From Nitrospirota bacterium (GTDB lineage Bacteria; Nitrospirota; UBA9217): a stretch of DNA of 64,000 nt. The translations under genes and the position numbers were made by a program. Shown piece after piece: positions 1 to 11,524 of this stretch (the stretch's first letter is position 1; the number at the start of each line of letters is the position of its first letter). The stretch lies in the NCBI GenBank assembly GCA_963818475.1, contig CAWFSF010000006.1, positions 1,568,001 through 1,632,000 of the forward strand, read 5' to 3'. The notes under the pieces are model-generated. The model was not told the DNA's origin, did no database searches, and saw nothing but the letters and a program-made list of their open reading frames with translations.

Positions 1-1523
1 CACGTCCGCGGTCTGGACATAGCCCCGGCCTTCGAACTCCGCCTGTTCCTCGGTCAGTCCCATCTGCTCGCGCACCGCGGTCATGGTCCGGCGGGCACGC
101 GCCGTGGACCAGCCGATATCGTCGCCGTAGACGGCAGCGGTGCGCCGGTCGAGCCGCTGGTTGCTGGTATAGCCGACAAAGCGCAGGCGGACGTTGGTCT
201 TGTCCTTGATCTCGTCCATGAGCTGCCGCAACCGCTCGGTATAGCCGTCGGGCAGGACCGGGTCGCCGTTTTCGAACAGGATCGGATCGATGCGCGCCCG
301 ACGGCGGGTCATAGACCTTGGTGACCGTTTCGGCGCCGGCATCTTCCGGACACAGCCGCGGCTCGTCAGGCAGGTCCTGGAGCGGATCGTCATGCCAGAA
401 CTCGACCTCGACGCGCCGGTTCATGGCCCTGCCCTGCGGCGTGTCGTTGGAGGCCACCGGCTGCGACGCTCCCTTGCCGTCGCTTTCGACCGCGACATTG
501 GACAACCTCAGAGCGTCCTGGACGGCGAGGGCAACGCGCCGGGCCACCGCCTTCGACAGCCCCAGCTGGTCGCCGTAGATGCGCTCGTCGCGCCCTTCCA
601 GCGGGGTGTTGTCGGTATAGGCGGTGAACTTGACGACGATATTCTCCTTGCCTTTCAGATTGATCAGCGCCTGTCTGATCTGCTGCAGAAATTCTTCCGG
701 CACGGTCACCATGCTCTCTTCGTAATGCATGGGCGCAATCAGGTTCTTGACGCGGGCACGATGGGAATGGCCTTCCTTGTAACGCAATTTGCAGACCGTC
801 TCGGTGCGGCAGACCTTGACGCGGTTCACCTGCCGGGGGACGATCACTTCCTTTTCGACCATCTTTTCGCTGATCTCGTCATACCAGACCTCAACCTCCA
901 CCCGCCGGTTGAGCGCCCGGCCGGCCTCGGTCGCATTGCTGGCGACCGGCTGGCTGTCACCCAGCCCCTCATAGGAGATGGCTTCCGGGGGAAGCCCGAG
1001 GGCGCGCTGGCAATATTCGGCGGTGGTGCCCGCCCGTTCCCGGGACAGGCCGGTATTGTCGCCGTATTTCGCTTGCAGGGGGCCGCTGAGCGGCTGGGAA
1101 TCGGCGTGGCCGACAAAGTGAAGACGCACATTGGCGCGATTGCGCATGCTTTCGAGCACGCCGCGCAGAAGCGCCACATACTCCTCGGGAATGTCCGCCT
1201 CACCCTGTGCGGAAACGGATGGGCGGGACCACATTCGCCAGCTTGATCGTCTTCACTTCCTTTTCGGCGACCGTGCGTTTCTCCGTGCGGTCCCCCTGGT
1301 CCTCCGCAAAAACGGACGGATCAAGGAGCCAGGGAGTGAAGGCCCTGTCCTTCGGCAGGTGCATTTCGGTCGTTTCGCCGCAGGTAGCAGCCTCCCTCGT
1401 TCCCGGGTCCGCATTCACGGTCGTTGCAGATACGGCTTCCGCACAGACGGCGGTCTCCGCTCCGGCTACGGACACAAGGAACATCAATATAAGGGCGATA
1501 CAGCGCTTCATCATTAATCCCAT
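1..1523 (-). CDS. Exported protein with at least three tandem OmpA/MotB C-terminal-like peptidoglycan-binding domains (3' end outside window; frameshifts near 1200 and 290)
   Basis: Signal peptide (MMKRCIALILMFLVSVAGA). Reading the minus strand across frameshifts gives repeated OmpA motifs: VGHADSQ..NTGLSRERA..GLGDSQPVASNATEAGRALNRRVEV; AYTDN..LGLSKAVARRV..GKGASQPVASNDTPQGRAMNRRVEV; VGYTSN..GWSTARARR..EGRG. Confidence 0.8.
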
Positions 1524-1547
1524 CAACACATCCTAAAAAAACATTTG

Positions 1548-1660
1548 GACGCGGATTTACCGCGGATAAACGCGGATGTTAAAGCTTGAATCAAGTAAGT
1601 TTTTAAATAAAGGCCAAATCATAAAAAAAGTTCTTCGCATCTATCTGCGCAATCTGCGTC
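1548..1660. repeat. Intergenic imperfect palindrome with CGCGGAT-type short repeats
   Basis: GACGCGGATTTACCGCGGATAAACGCGGAT on the left; ATCTATCTGCGCAATCTGCGTC on the right; AT-rich spacer. Confidence 0.6.
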
Positions 1661-1718
1661 GCCTAGAAGCCCCTACTTTTGGTCATCTACGTCCTAATAG
1701 CCGTTTCTGACGGCTGGG

Positions 1719-4700
1719 TCACGGCGGCGAGCCCCGGCGCCAGAAGATCTCGGTTTCGATGGTGAGCCGATATCCGCCATCCCACTTGCCGGCGATCTCC
1801 TTCTTCAGCGCCTTGAGACGCTTCTCTACCAGACCTTCGTTCTCGACGTCCGCCAGGTACGACAGCCGCAGCACCGAAGGCGCTTTCCGCAATTCCTTCA
1901 ACAAAAGATCGATCCTCGGCTGCCACTGCATCCGCAGCTCCGTGCTCTTCGGTTCGAACGCCCCATCGGCGATATCCATGGACACCACGTGGTGGATCGT
2001 TGCGCCGAAGTTGAAGCGCAGCATTTTGCCGCGCGTGGCGCGCTGCACCCGCGGGTTTTCGGTGGTCACCCGATAGCCGGTGGGCAGGGTGCGATCGTCC
2101 AGCTTGAGGATGAAGTTGCTGCCGCGATTCTCGTCAGGGACCACCGCGCAGGTGATATGGAAGCGCCCGTGCTCGTCGGTGGTGGCGATCAGACCGCGTG
2201 CCGTCACCACGCGCACCCCGGCAAACCCCGTTCACCCGCATCCTGCTATCCGTTCAGATCGCGATCGTCGAACACCTTGCCGATCACGTCGGTGCAGTCG
2301 AAGGTCGGGTCGGGGATGACGCGCACGGTCGCTGTCGCCACCTCCGAGAACGGTCCGCCGGTGTCTGTATTGATCACCTGCGCCTGGTTGACGTACTCGC
2401 CTTCCGAGACGCCGGCGCCCACTACCAGGAGCAGCCTGATGGTGTGCTGCTGGTTATAGCCGATGGCGAGATTATTCCACACCAATTGACGGCCGTTAAT
2501 GACCGGCTCAAGCGCGGTGCTCGTCGATGCGGCTGGAGCCTTCCACATACTTGAACCCGGCCGGCATCGTATCGACGATCCCCAGAGGGGGCAGCGTGCT
2601 GCGCAGCGTGTTCTTGAAGGTGATCGTGTAGGGAACGAGCTGACCGCGGGTGACATTGATCAGGGGGCTCGTCTTCGTGATCGAGATCTTTTCCTCAACA
2701 TATGGATCGACCGGAATATGATTGTTGAAGATCTGGTTGTCATCGGGTTGCCAGTCGAATCCAACGTGAGGCGCAGGTAGTAGGTGGTGACCGCCCCCGT
2801 CGGCGCAGTCGCGGAGACCTGCGCCTCGCATTGATCCGTGGACGGAATGGCGTCATCGGGACAGACCGGTACTGAATAAGGAACCAGCGTTCGCTGCATC
2901 GAAAATGTTGCTCGGCAGGAATAGATCAGCGACGGCCCCGCCACGTATCCCGCAGGCACTGCCGTAACCGCGATGAGGTAGTCGCGCGCCGTCGGGACAA
3001 TTCTGGCTGACTGAAGTTCAGGTCGAACTTGTAAGTTCCGTTCGCCGGCGTCACCTGGTTCTGCTGAGACGGATCGACGAAGCAGCTCGCGGGCAAAGCG
3101 GTCCCCGTTGACGCCAGCAGCATGGTGAGTGTCACCCCACCCAACGGCTTGCGCGACACCGCATCGTAGACGACGCCGTTCGCCGGGATGACGGTTTGCG
3201 TCGGGTTCTCGGCGGGCAGCACGTTCAGATCATCGTCGCTCTTGATCGGCGTCGGCCAGGGACCGTGACAGCTCGGCCTGGTTCAGCACTACGGTCGCCG
3301 CTTTTGAGATCCGTCCTGAGGACAGCCTCGAAGACGATCGTCAGGGTTTCGTTCGCCTCGATATTAGCCGATGACGTTGAGCGTGGTGCCGTTGACTACA
3401 GCACTGACTCCTGTCGTCCCGGTCGAACTCGTGACAACGACATTCTGAATCGAACCCTGGAACCTCGGCATAGCGTTCAGGCGATCGATCTCATCGACCA
3501 GCGAGATATTTGCTACCCGAATACCAGTCGGGTTTTGTATGACGATGGTGTAGCGCAGCCGGTCACCCGGGTTCGCAATCGGTTTGTCCACGGTCTTCTG
3601 GAGCGTCACGACCGGAATCGGAACGGTCAGCGGCGGCGCAGCGGCCGTGGCCACGTAATCGTTGAGCCCGCCGATGCCGTCCGCGCCGGTGCGTTCATCG
3701 CTGTTCGCGCCATCGAGGCTGGTCCAGCGGACGGTCACGCTGTTGGTCAGCGTCTGACCGGCGCTGACCGTATCGAGCACCTTCACCTCATAGGTGATGG
3801 TGACCGTTGTCCCTTCAACGATGTCGATGTCAGCGGTCGGGGTGACCGGCCAGGCCCAGGTGAGGGTCTGGGCCGTGGTGCTGCCGTCGCCGGTCTGCAT
3901 CGGGTCGGTGATGGTATTGCCGGTGCCGTTGACCGTGGCACGTGCCGACCTGATAGGCCAGGCCCAGGCTCAGCATGTCGACGAGGCCGGCATCAAAGGC
4001 ATCGGAGAAGTTGGCGCCCGAGGCTGCCGTCAGGGTCACGGTGTAGGTCAGAATATCACCCGCTTTGGGTGGCGTCGTTGGACTCACGCTCTTGGTGACG
4101 GTGACGGAAGGCTCCACCACCGTCATGACGGCGGTGGTATTGCTGGCCCCCGACATCCGGGTGGCGGCATTACCGTCGATCTGGTTGTACGTATAGGAAG
4201 CGGTGTTGCTGAAGGACAGACCGGCATCGTTGCCGGCAACGTTGTTCATGCGCACCGTCACACTGACCACGATCTGTTCATTGGCCGGGATCTCGATGCC
4301 GTTGGTCGTGTCTTCGATAATTAGATCGGTACTGGTGTTGGTATTGACCGGCGTCCACGTCTGGGAACCAGAGACCTTGCTGATGCTGACCAGGGTCAGA
4401 TTCGCGCTGACCGCCCCGAGGTTGTCGAGAATGCGCACATCGTGCAGCGCCGCCGCCTGCGGGACAGCAGGCACGGTGATGGTGTAGGTGAACTCCTGGC
4501 CGATTGTTGCGGTCGTGCTCGCCGGATTCTGCTTCAGCAGCCCACCGGGCACAGGCGAGGTCAGGGTCTGCTGCGCCGTATTGGTCGGGCCATAAACCTC
4601 GCGGTCGGCAGCGCTGCCATTGGCCGGTACCGCCTCATCATCGAAGGAGTAATAGAGCGTTGCCTGGGCTGTGTTGGTCAGGGTCAGACCGGGACCGAGG

Positions 4701-7700
4701 TCCGCATCGGCCGTCACCTGATAGACCACGCGCAGAGTGTCGCCCGCCGGGATAGTGTAGGCATTGGCGACGCCGGAATCGAAGTTCCAGGTGGCGACAC
4801 CAGTAGTGGCATTGTAGACGGGGGCCAGTACCGGCAGGCTGGTGTTGGTGTTTACCAGGGTGATGGCGGTGGTGGTCACTCCGCCCTGCCGTAGACCTAC
4901 CGGCAGGGTATCCACCAGCACCGTGTCGTAGGCTGGCGCCGCGCCGCTGTTGAGGATGCTGACCGTATAGGTGATGACCTCGCCCGCGTTGATGACCGTA
5001 TCCCCGCCCGCCGCCGATGCGCTCTTGCTCACCGTCAGTATCGGCTGCAACGTGGTGACGCTTGCGGTACTCGGCCGCGTCACAAGATCCCCGGCGACGG
5101 TGTATCCGAGTGTGGCGTTGTTTGTCAGCGTCTGGCTTGTCGGCGTCTGCGCGAACGTATCGTTGTTCAGCACGCGCACGCGGTAGCGAAGCACCAGGAC
5201 GTCATTGGTCGGATTGCCGTCACTGGGGTTGACCACCGTACCCAGAGTCCAGGTAAGGGTCTGCGTGCCGCTCGGCGCAGGTGGTGTGGGCTGGACCGTG
5301 CCGAAGTAGGTGGCACTGACCATTCCCACATACTGAAGTCCCGTCGGCAACGTGTCGGTGACGCTGACATTCGTGTGGGTGCCTTCCTGCAAGCCCAAAC
5401 GCAACTCGTATTCGATCAGATCACCGATACGGACATTGGCATCGGCAGCAGTATACGTATCGCTCGCCCTCACCTTGACAAAGGCTGTGCTATCTCCGAC
5501 GATCAACGTGGTGCTGTCAGAAGCAACATAGTCGTTCGGCACGACGCCGGTTCCGCCGCGCTCATAGGCGGGGAAGTCGCCATCGAGACTAGTCCAGCGG
5601 GCGGTCGCGGTGTTGGTCAGCGCCTGACCGATCACCACGTCGCTGTTCACCAGCACATCATAGGTGACGGTGACCGTCGTCCCCGCCGTGATATCGAGAG
5701 CGCTCCAAGTGAGTGTCTGGGGGGTGCCGGTCACACTCGGTTCAGCGGGCACACCACTGATCCGCGCGGTCCCGGCAACATACGTCAGCCCCAGGCTCAG
5801 GGTATCGCTGAGCACGAGGTCATAAGCGTTGGAGGCCGGGGCCGGGGCAGCGATCAGGTTCACCGTGTACGTGAGAGTGCTCCCTGCTGTTGGCGGCGTA
5901 GCCGACGAGACGACCGTCTTGTCCACGGTAACTGCCGGTTCAGCGATGGTCAGTGCACCGCTGGTGCCGCTGGTCACTGCGCCGGCCGGAATGCCCGTAT
6001 AGGTATAGGATGCTGTATTGGTGAAGCTGACGCCGGCATTGGCAGTGGTGTTATTGGCCACGCGTGCGGTCAGCGTGATCACCGCCTGCTGGCCGGCAGG
6101 AATTGGGCCGATGGTGAGGCTTACGTTCTGGCCGGCCGTGTTGTCCGTCAGGGTGAACCGGCAGCGGCCACTGTGGCGCTCACATAGGTCAAGGCACTGA
6201 GTGCAGAGTGTCGGTGATGACCACGTTGCTGAGCGCGGCGTTGATCGGCGTGCCCGGCACGGTGATCTGGTAGGTCACCGTCTCGCCGATGGTCGCTTCG
6301 CGACGGCGACGTCAAGATCTTGGTCAGCGGCTGAACGATCACCTGGTTGGTCATCCAGACTTGTGCAGGGCGGAGGAAGCGTAGATGCGGCCATTCGCCG
6401 GCAGCGACTCAGTACTCGATGCAGTGTTGCGCTGTTGCTCCAGGTCTGGTCTGCGGCCGCGATGTCGGTATGGAAACCGATGGTGTAATCGATTGTCACG
6501 CACTGGCCCGGATTGACCGGTGTGCTGAGCACGAAGTTCATGGTGCCGCCGCGGCCGGCAGGCGGCGTATAGGTATAATCGGTCCCGGCAATGAGGGTGG
6601 TCCCGCCCACGGCCACCACCGGCGTGGTGATGCTGGTCTCATTCAGCTGGCTCGCCAGCAGGTCGGTAAGCTGGACATTGTAGGCCGGCGCCAGGCCGTT
6701 GTTGCAGGACGTCAGCTGGAAGTTCATTACATCGGTGGCAATGTTGACCTGGTACGGATCGGCCGAGGTACCGGCACCGGTGCGGCCGGTGCCCAGATCG
6801 ACCTTGGCTGATCGCGCTCATCTGCGGCTGACGCACGTCGACCCGCTCCGTGGTCGTCAATCGGGCGGGATAGACCGCCGGATCGCCGCCCGTATAGGAA
6901 AGCTTCGCCAGGTTGTCGAGCAGAATGGACGTGTCATAGCCCACACCCACCGGCGGCGCGTCAGTCACGACCTTCGCGACATACCGGATCACCAGGGCGT
7001 CGTCAGTCGATATGCCGTCCGGCGTGTTGATGATGTCGCCGAACTCCCAACGCAAGGTGCCGGTGGCGCCGGAGACCGGCTGTACCCCCAGGGTGTAACT
7101 GAAGTTCGGGCCACCGATGACGGAAAAGCTTTGCAGCGCCATGCCCACGGGCAGCGCATCCTCGACCACGACGTTCCGGGTCGTGTATTCCTGCATGTTC
7201 AGCGTCAGATCGTAGGTGACGGTGTCGCCGACGCGCAGAATCGGATGCGGTGCTGGTGGAAGGATCTCGGCATAGGAATCCGCGTAAACCGATTTGACGA
7301 TGGAGGTGTTGTCAACCGTGTAGACGGTGACCGACTGGCCGGGCCGGTGCAATAGTCGTTCGGCAGGGTTATAGTCGGACAGCCCGCGCCGGTGCGCTCG
7401 CGCCCCGGGACCGGATTACTGATCGGATCGATCGGATAGTCCTCATCGAGCGAGGTCCAGTCCACATAGGCGCTGTTGGTGAAGGAACTCACCGAGGAGG
7501 CGTCCACCACGGTCACCTGATAGGTGAGCACCAGCGACTGGCCGGCGGGAATGTCGAGACTGCCGTCGTCGTTGTCGCGGCCCCAGACCAGGGTGGTGCC
7601 GGAGGGCGTGGCGGGAGTTCGCGACAAAGCCGGTGACCGCGACGCTGTTGATCGTGGCCGTGGCGGAACCGGGGACCAGCGCTACGTTCGCCGGCAGGGT

Positions 7701-10174
7701 GTCGGTGATGTTGGCATCAAAGGCCGTGGAAGCGTAGAGGCCGCTGTTATTGGTAATCGTTATCTTATATTCGAGAATGTCGCCCACCGTGGCGGGATCG
7801 GTTGCCGGTTTGCCGGCAGGCGAGACAAAGCTCACCGTCTTGGCGGCGGTCAGGAGCGGTTCGACCACGGTCATGTTGGCGGTGGTGCCCGCGCCGCCGG
7901 CCAATTGCGTGCTATTGACGCCGTTTGCCCGGTTGTAGGTGTACTACGCGCTGTTGTTGAAGAACACGCTGCTCTGGTTGGGGGCGCTGTTCAGCAGCTC
8001 CACGGTGATCGCGATCTTCGCCTGGCCATTGGCAGGGATATCGATGCCGGTGACCGTGTCTTCAAGGATGAGCGAGTTGCCGGTGCCCGTATTGCTGAGC
8101 GCCCAGGCGCCGCCCGTTACCACCCGCGCGCTCACAAAGCGCAGGTTCGCCGGCAGAGTATCCAGGATCCTCACGTCGTACAGGGGCACGGCGGTCGGGG
8201 TCGCGGGCACGGTGATGGTGTACTCGAACCGCTCGCCGATCGTGGCGGTCGTTTTTGCTGGGTTCGCCTTCGCCAGCGGGCCGGGAATCAGGATCGTCAC
8301 GATGGTGGGATCTTCGTCGCCCGCCACATCGGGCGAGGCCACGCCGTTGACGTAGGGATCATCGCTCAGGGCGGTGAAGCCGCCGGCGGCGTTCAGGGTC
8401 GCCTGGTTGGAGACCGTGGCGCCGTTGGCAAGGCCCGATTTCAGGGTGATGTCGAACTCGACCACGAGCTGGCCCCCGACCTTGACATCCAGAGCAGGCG
8501 CGCCAGAGATCTGCAGCAGGCCCGAGGTGGAATTAAAGCTCCAGGTGGCGCTGTATCCGGGGGCCCGTCGCAATGCGTGACGATTGCTGAAACGTGGCCG
8601 GATCGAAGTAGGTCAGGTTCAGCGTGTCGTTGATCGTGACCGTATTGATCGTTCTGATCAACATTGAAGACGCGCAGCGTATAGCGCAGGGTGTCACCCG
8701 GCAGCCGCCGTGGTAGCGGGGTTCGCAAGACTGGTCAGGTTCTGGACCGTCTTCTCGAAGTAGTAGCCGTGCAGTGGCCGCCGTGACGGTCTGGCTGTCC
8801 TGATAGTCAATGAAGTCGCCGGCGTGCCGTCGGTGAGCGTTCTGGTCGAATTCGCGGCGGCCGGCATAGGTACTGTTCGCGCTGAACCACTGGGTGGCGC
8901 CGGCGACATTGGTAAGCGTTGCGCCGTCATTGGTGAAACCCGGGATCGAGCTGCGTCTGGTAGGTGATGATCAGGTGCTGCTCGGGTGCGATCGGGCCCG
9001 CGGCATCGGTCATGGTCAGGCTGAGCTGGCAACCGCTGTAGGAGACCGTGTAGTCGGTGCCCGGAGCCAATGTCTTGACCAGGGTGGTGCCGTCGGCCTG
9101 GACGATCCTGGCGCTGAGCGTGGCAGTGGGGTCGGTGGCGCACATGCCGACCGGGAGCTTGTCGGCGATCGTTGCGTTCCAGGCGTCGCCGCCGCCGCTG
9201 TTCTGGACATCGATGGTGAAGGCCGCTGTGTCGCCCAGGTTCAGGGCCGTCGCCGGGCTCGTCTTGTTGACCACGAGATCGGGCGCCACGATGGTCATCG
9301 GCGCAGAGATGCCCGACTCGCCCGGGAGGGGGTTAAAGAATTCGTTGGAATCCACGATGCCGTCCTCATCGAGATCGATCCACCGTGAAAATTGCCACTT
9401 GGCAGTGTTGGTGAACTGCCTCCCTGGCACGTTCGTCGGCGTGTCATCGAGGACCACCGTCACCTCGACCACGATCTGCTCCCCGGCCGTGAGATTGGGA
9501 AGCGTGAAGTGGAGGTTCTTATCGCCCAGCTACCCAGAGTTACTGATCGGCACCGGTGTGCCGCTGCCTTTGTAGTAGGCGTTCAGGCTTACAAGCGTGA
9601 GATCGACGATACCGTCCGACGCCCGTCGTGGTGAGATCGTCCCAGACCTCGAATGCTGCCCAGGTCGTTCGGTGACGGGTCGCTCGCCAACGGGAAAATG
9701 TCATGACCGGGATCGTGAGCGTGTAGGTGAAGGGCAGACCGATGGTGGCCGTGGATGCAGGGGTCTTCTTATCGATGGTCTCAGCGGGGATCATGATATC
9801 CTGGCATGCGCCGCTGAAAGCCCCCTCTTCGGGGAGTTAACTACCCAGAGCTTGTGATCGATATTGGAACACGCCATATTGCCGGCGAACCAAACGTTGT
9901 CGAAGACAATGAGATATATCGTGGGGTCATTGGTTTGAAAGTTGATGGTTGCGGTCAGCGGATTGGACTGCGGCCAGTTCTGGAACGTGCAAGTCGTGTC
10001 GATCGTGATCTGGACAGGAGAGGTGCCGAGAACATTACCGTCAATCACGCCGAAGTACGGGGCCTCGGAGCAAAATTTCTCCGCCGCCTGCGCGGAGGAG
10101 GCCACACCCAGCACCAGGGCGAAGAGGAGCAGCAGCGGGAAACCGAGCCTGGCGCCGCGTGCTGTCAGGGCCAT
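1719..10174 (-). CDS. Giant (~2800 aa) DUF11 / fimbrial isopeptide-domain repeat surface protein with SdrD-B-like C-terminus; split by many frameshifts
   Basis: Consecutive minus-strand fragments (9791-10519, 9540-9794, 8927-9472, 7944-8573, 7443-7904, 7205-7627, 6639-7352, 6275-6727, 3830-6082, 3364-3900, 2926-3222, 2508-2831, 2246-2656, 1719-2216) belong to one protein; most carry K..[A/P]..G[D/E].lTYTi.......a.d..l.DTLP.gl..v...N.A repeats. Signal peptide LLLLFALVLGVASSAQA; C-terminal VIGKVFDDRDLNG..TTDEHGRFHI. Start could alternatively be GTG at 10330. Confidence 0.85.
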
Positions 10175-10360
10175 ACGAAAACGTTCCCACTTCCAGGCCT
10201 TCCTGATCGAACACGTTCCCCGCAGCTTGCCGCGCAACGGCAACGCCGAGGCGACCCCAAGTACCTGGGCTGCTCGAACGAGAAGGCCTGTAAAAAATGA
10301 AATGATTATGTTTTTCAAATTGTTATGCACTATTTGGCTACAACGTTGGGTCACGAGTGT

Positions 10361-10417
10361 AAAAAAAAAGCCGCCAAAAAATAGTCCTGTCGTGACAGGC
10401 GCTATACTTTGGCGGCT
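10361..10417 (-). terminator. Intrinsic terminator (riboswitch expression platform)
   Basis: Minus strand AGCCGCCAAAG-TATAG-CG-CCTGTC-AC-GACAGG-A-CTAT-TTTTTGGCGGCT followed by a T run; its 5' arm overlaps the aptamer 3' end. Confidence 0.85.
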
Positions 10418-10522
10418 CGACGGGCATGGAAAGCAAAGCTGGACCATCCTGCGTAGTCCTTGCTTTCTGTAGCCTCGGAACTCTGCGTCCCAAGGTTTCC
10501 CCTGGTTTGCTCTGAGCAAAGT
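10406..10522 (-). ncRNA. Cyclic dinucleotide GEMM-I (c-di-GMP-I class) riboswitch aptamer, A20 variant (candidate 3',3'-cGAMP sensor)
   Basis: Minus strand: P1 ACTTTG/CAAAGT; J1/2 CTCAGA; GC-AAA-CCAGGG-GAAA-CCTTGG-GAC-GC-A; P3 with CTAC...ATG tetraloop-receptor-like motif; 3' GCCGCC. Matches GEMM-I architecture; located in the 5' leader of the DUF11 gene. Confidence 0.88.
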
Positions 10523-10900
10523 TGAAAAATTATGAAATTGTCAAAGCAGCAAACGAAATCACTGAAATCTATACAACTTTAGCATTATACTGCTTTGCTG
10601 TCAAGAATCAGAAGAAATAAAATTCTAGATAGAACAACCATTAGTATTCACAAGTTAAAGCGGTCACGGTTTTAGTGGGTCTTCATCTTCACGTTGGCCA
10701 TACTACATGGGAAACTTAAAGTGGTATGTGATTTTAAATACAAAAGTATTATGTGATTCTGATTACATTTTATAAGCGAAGATAGCAATAAAGCTGTGAT
10801 TGAAGTCACATCGCAAATTGACTCGGGAGTCGGAACAGGCCTAAAGAAACCACGAATCACGATGCGAAGTATACTGATTTAGTTGCATGCATCAGGCGCA

Positions 10901-10929
10901 AGAATAATAGTAATGTAACATTCTGTCAA
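10901..10929 (-). promoter_or_regulatory. Sigma70-type promoter
   Basis: TTGACA-17 nt-TATTCT on the minus strand; homologous to the promoter at 15196-15224. Confidence 0.6.
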
Positions 10930-11457
10930 GAACAATTGTCCATTTATTCGGGTGAATTTAAGGGGATGTGTCAAATTTGCAACAAAGAGCTAAAAGGCAG
11001 GCTATGTGTCGGTTTTAATGTTTCATCACCTCGTCCACTTCTTCAGAATCTCCCTCGCAGCCACCACGCCGGAGATCGATGCCTGAATCAGGCCGCGGGT
11101 CACTCCGGCGCCGTCGCCGACAGCGAAGAGGTTCTTCACTTCTGTTTCGAGCCCGGAGGTGAGCTTCAGCTTCATGGAATAGAATTTCACCTCCACGCCG
11201 TAAAGCAGCGTATCTCCCGAATTAACACCCGGCGCCACATTGTCCAAAAGCCTCGAGCATTTCCATGATATTGTGAAGATGGCGGTAGGGAAGGACAAAG
11301 CTCAGATCACCGGGCGTTGAATCCTCGAGCGTCGGCCGCACTGATCCCTCCGCTGCCCAGGAGGTTCGCCAGGCCGGCTATGTACTTGCCGTACGCGATC
11401 GGCTCGTCAAAGGGGCTCGTGAACTCCGTGCTCACCAGGAGGGCGAAGTTCGTGTTC
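10919..11457. repeat. Direct repeat (copy B) of 15214-15874
   Basis: Near-identical to the 3' ~480 bp of the 15376-16764 gene and partly to its downstream intergenic DNA; ~65-bp internal deletion and a few substitutions. Confidence 0.95.
11026..11457 (-). pseudogene. Displaced 3' fragment of the FAD-dependent oxidoreductase gene
   Basis: Encodes NTNFALLVSTEFTSPFDEPIAYGK... and ...GDGAGVTRGLIQASISGVVAAREILKK, identical to the C-terminus of 15376-16764; no 5' part. Confidence 0.9.
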
Positions 11458-11476
11458 TCGACAAAACAAGGGACAC

Positions 11477-11514
11477 AAAAAAAGGGGCAGGATTTATCCT
11501 GCCCCTCGTTTTTT
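11477..11514 (-). terminator. Intrinsic (probably bidirectional) terminator after the 1098-aa gene
   Basis: AGGGGCAGGAT-TT-ATCCTGCCCCT hairpin flanked by A7 and T runs. Confidence 0.85.
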
Positions 11515-11524
11515 AGTGTTCCAA

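Noticed and set aside
1719-10174. Programmed frameshifting or many separate small DUF11 genes
   Set aside because: Breaks fall mid-domain with no slippery motifs, RBS or signal peptides; best explained as one gene with indel errors
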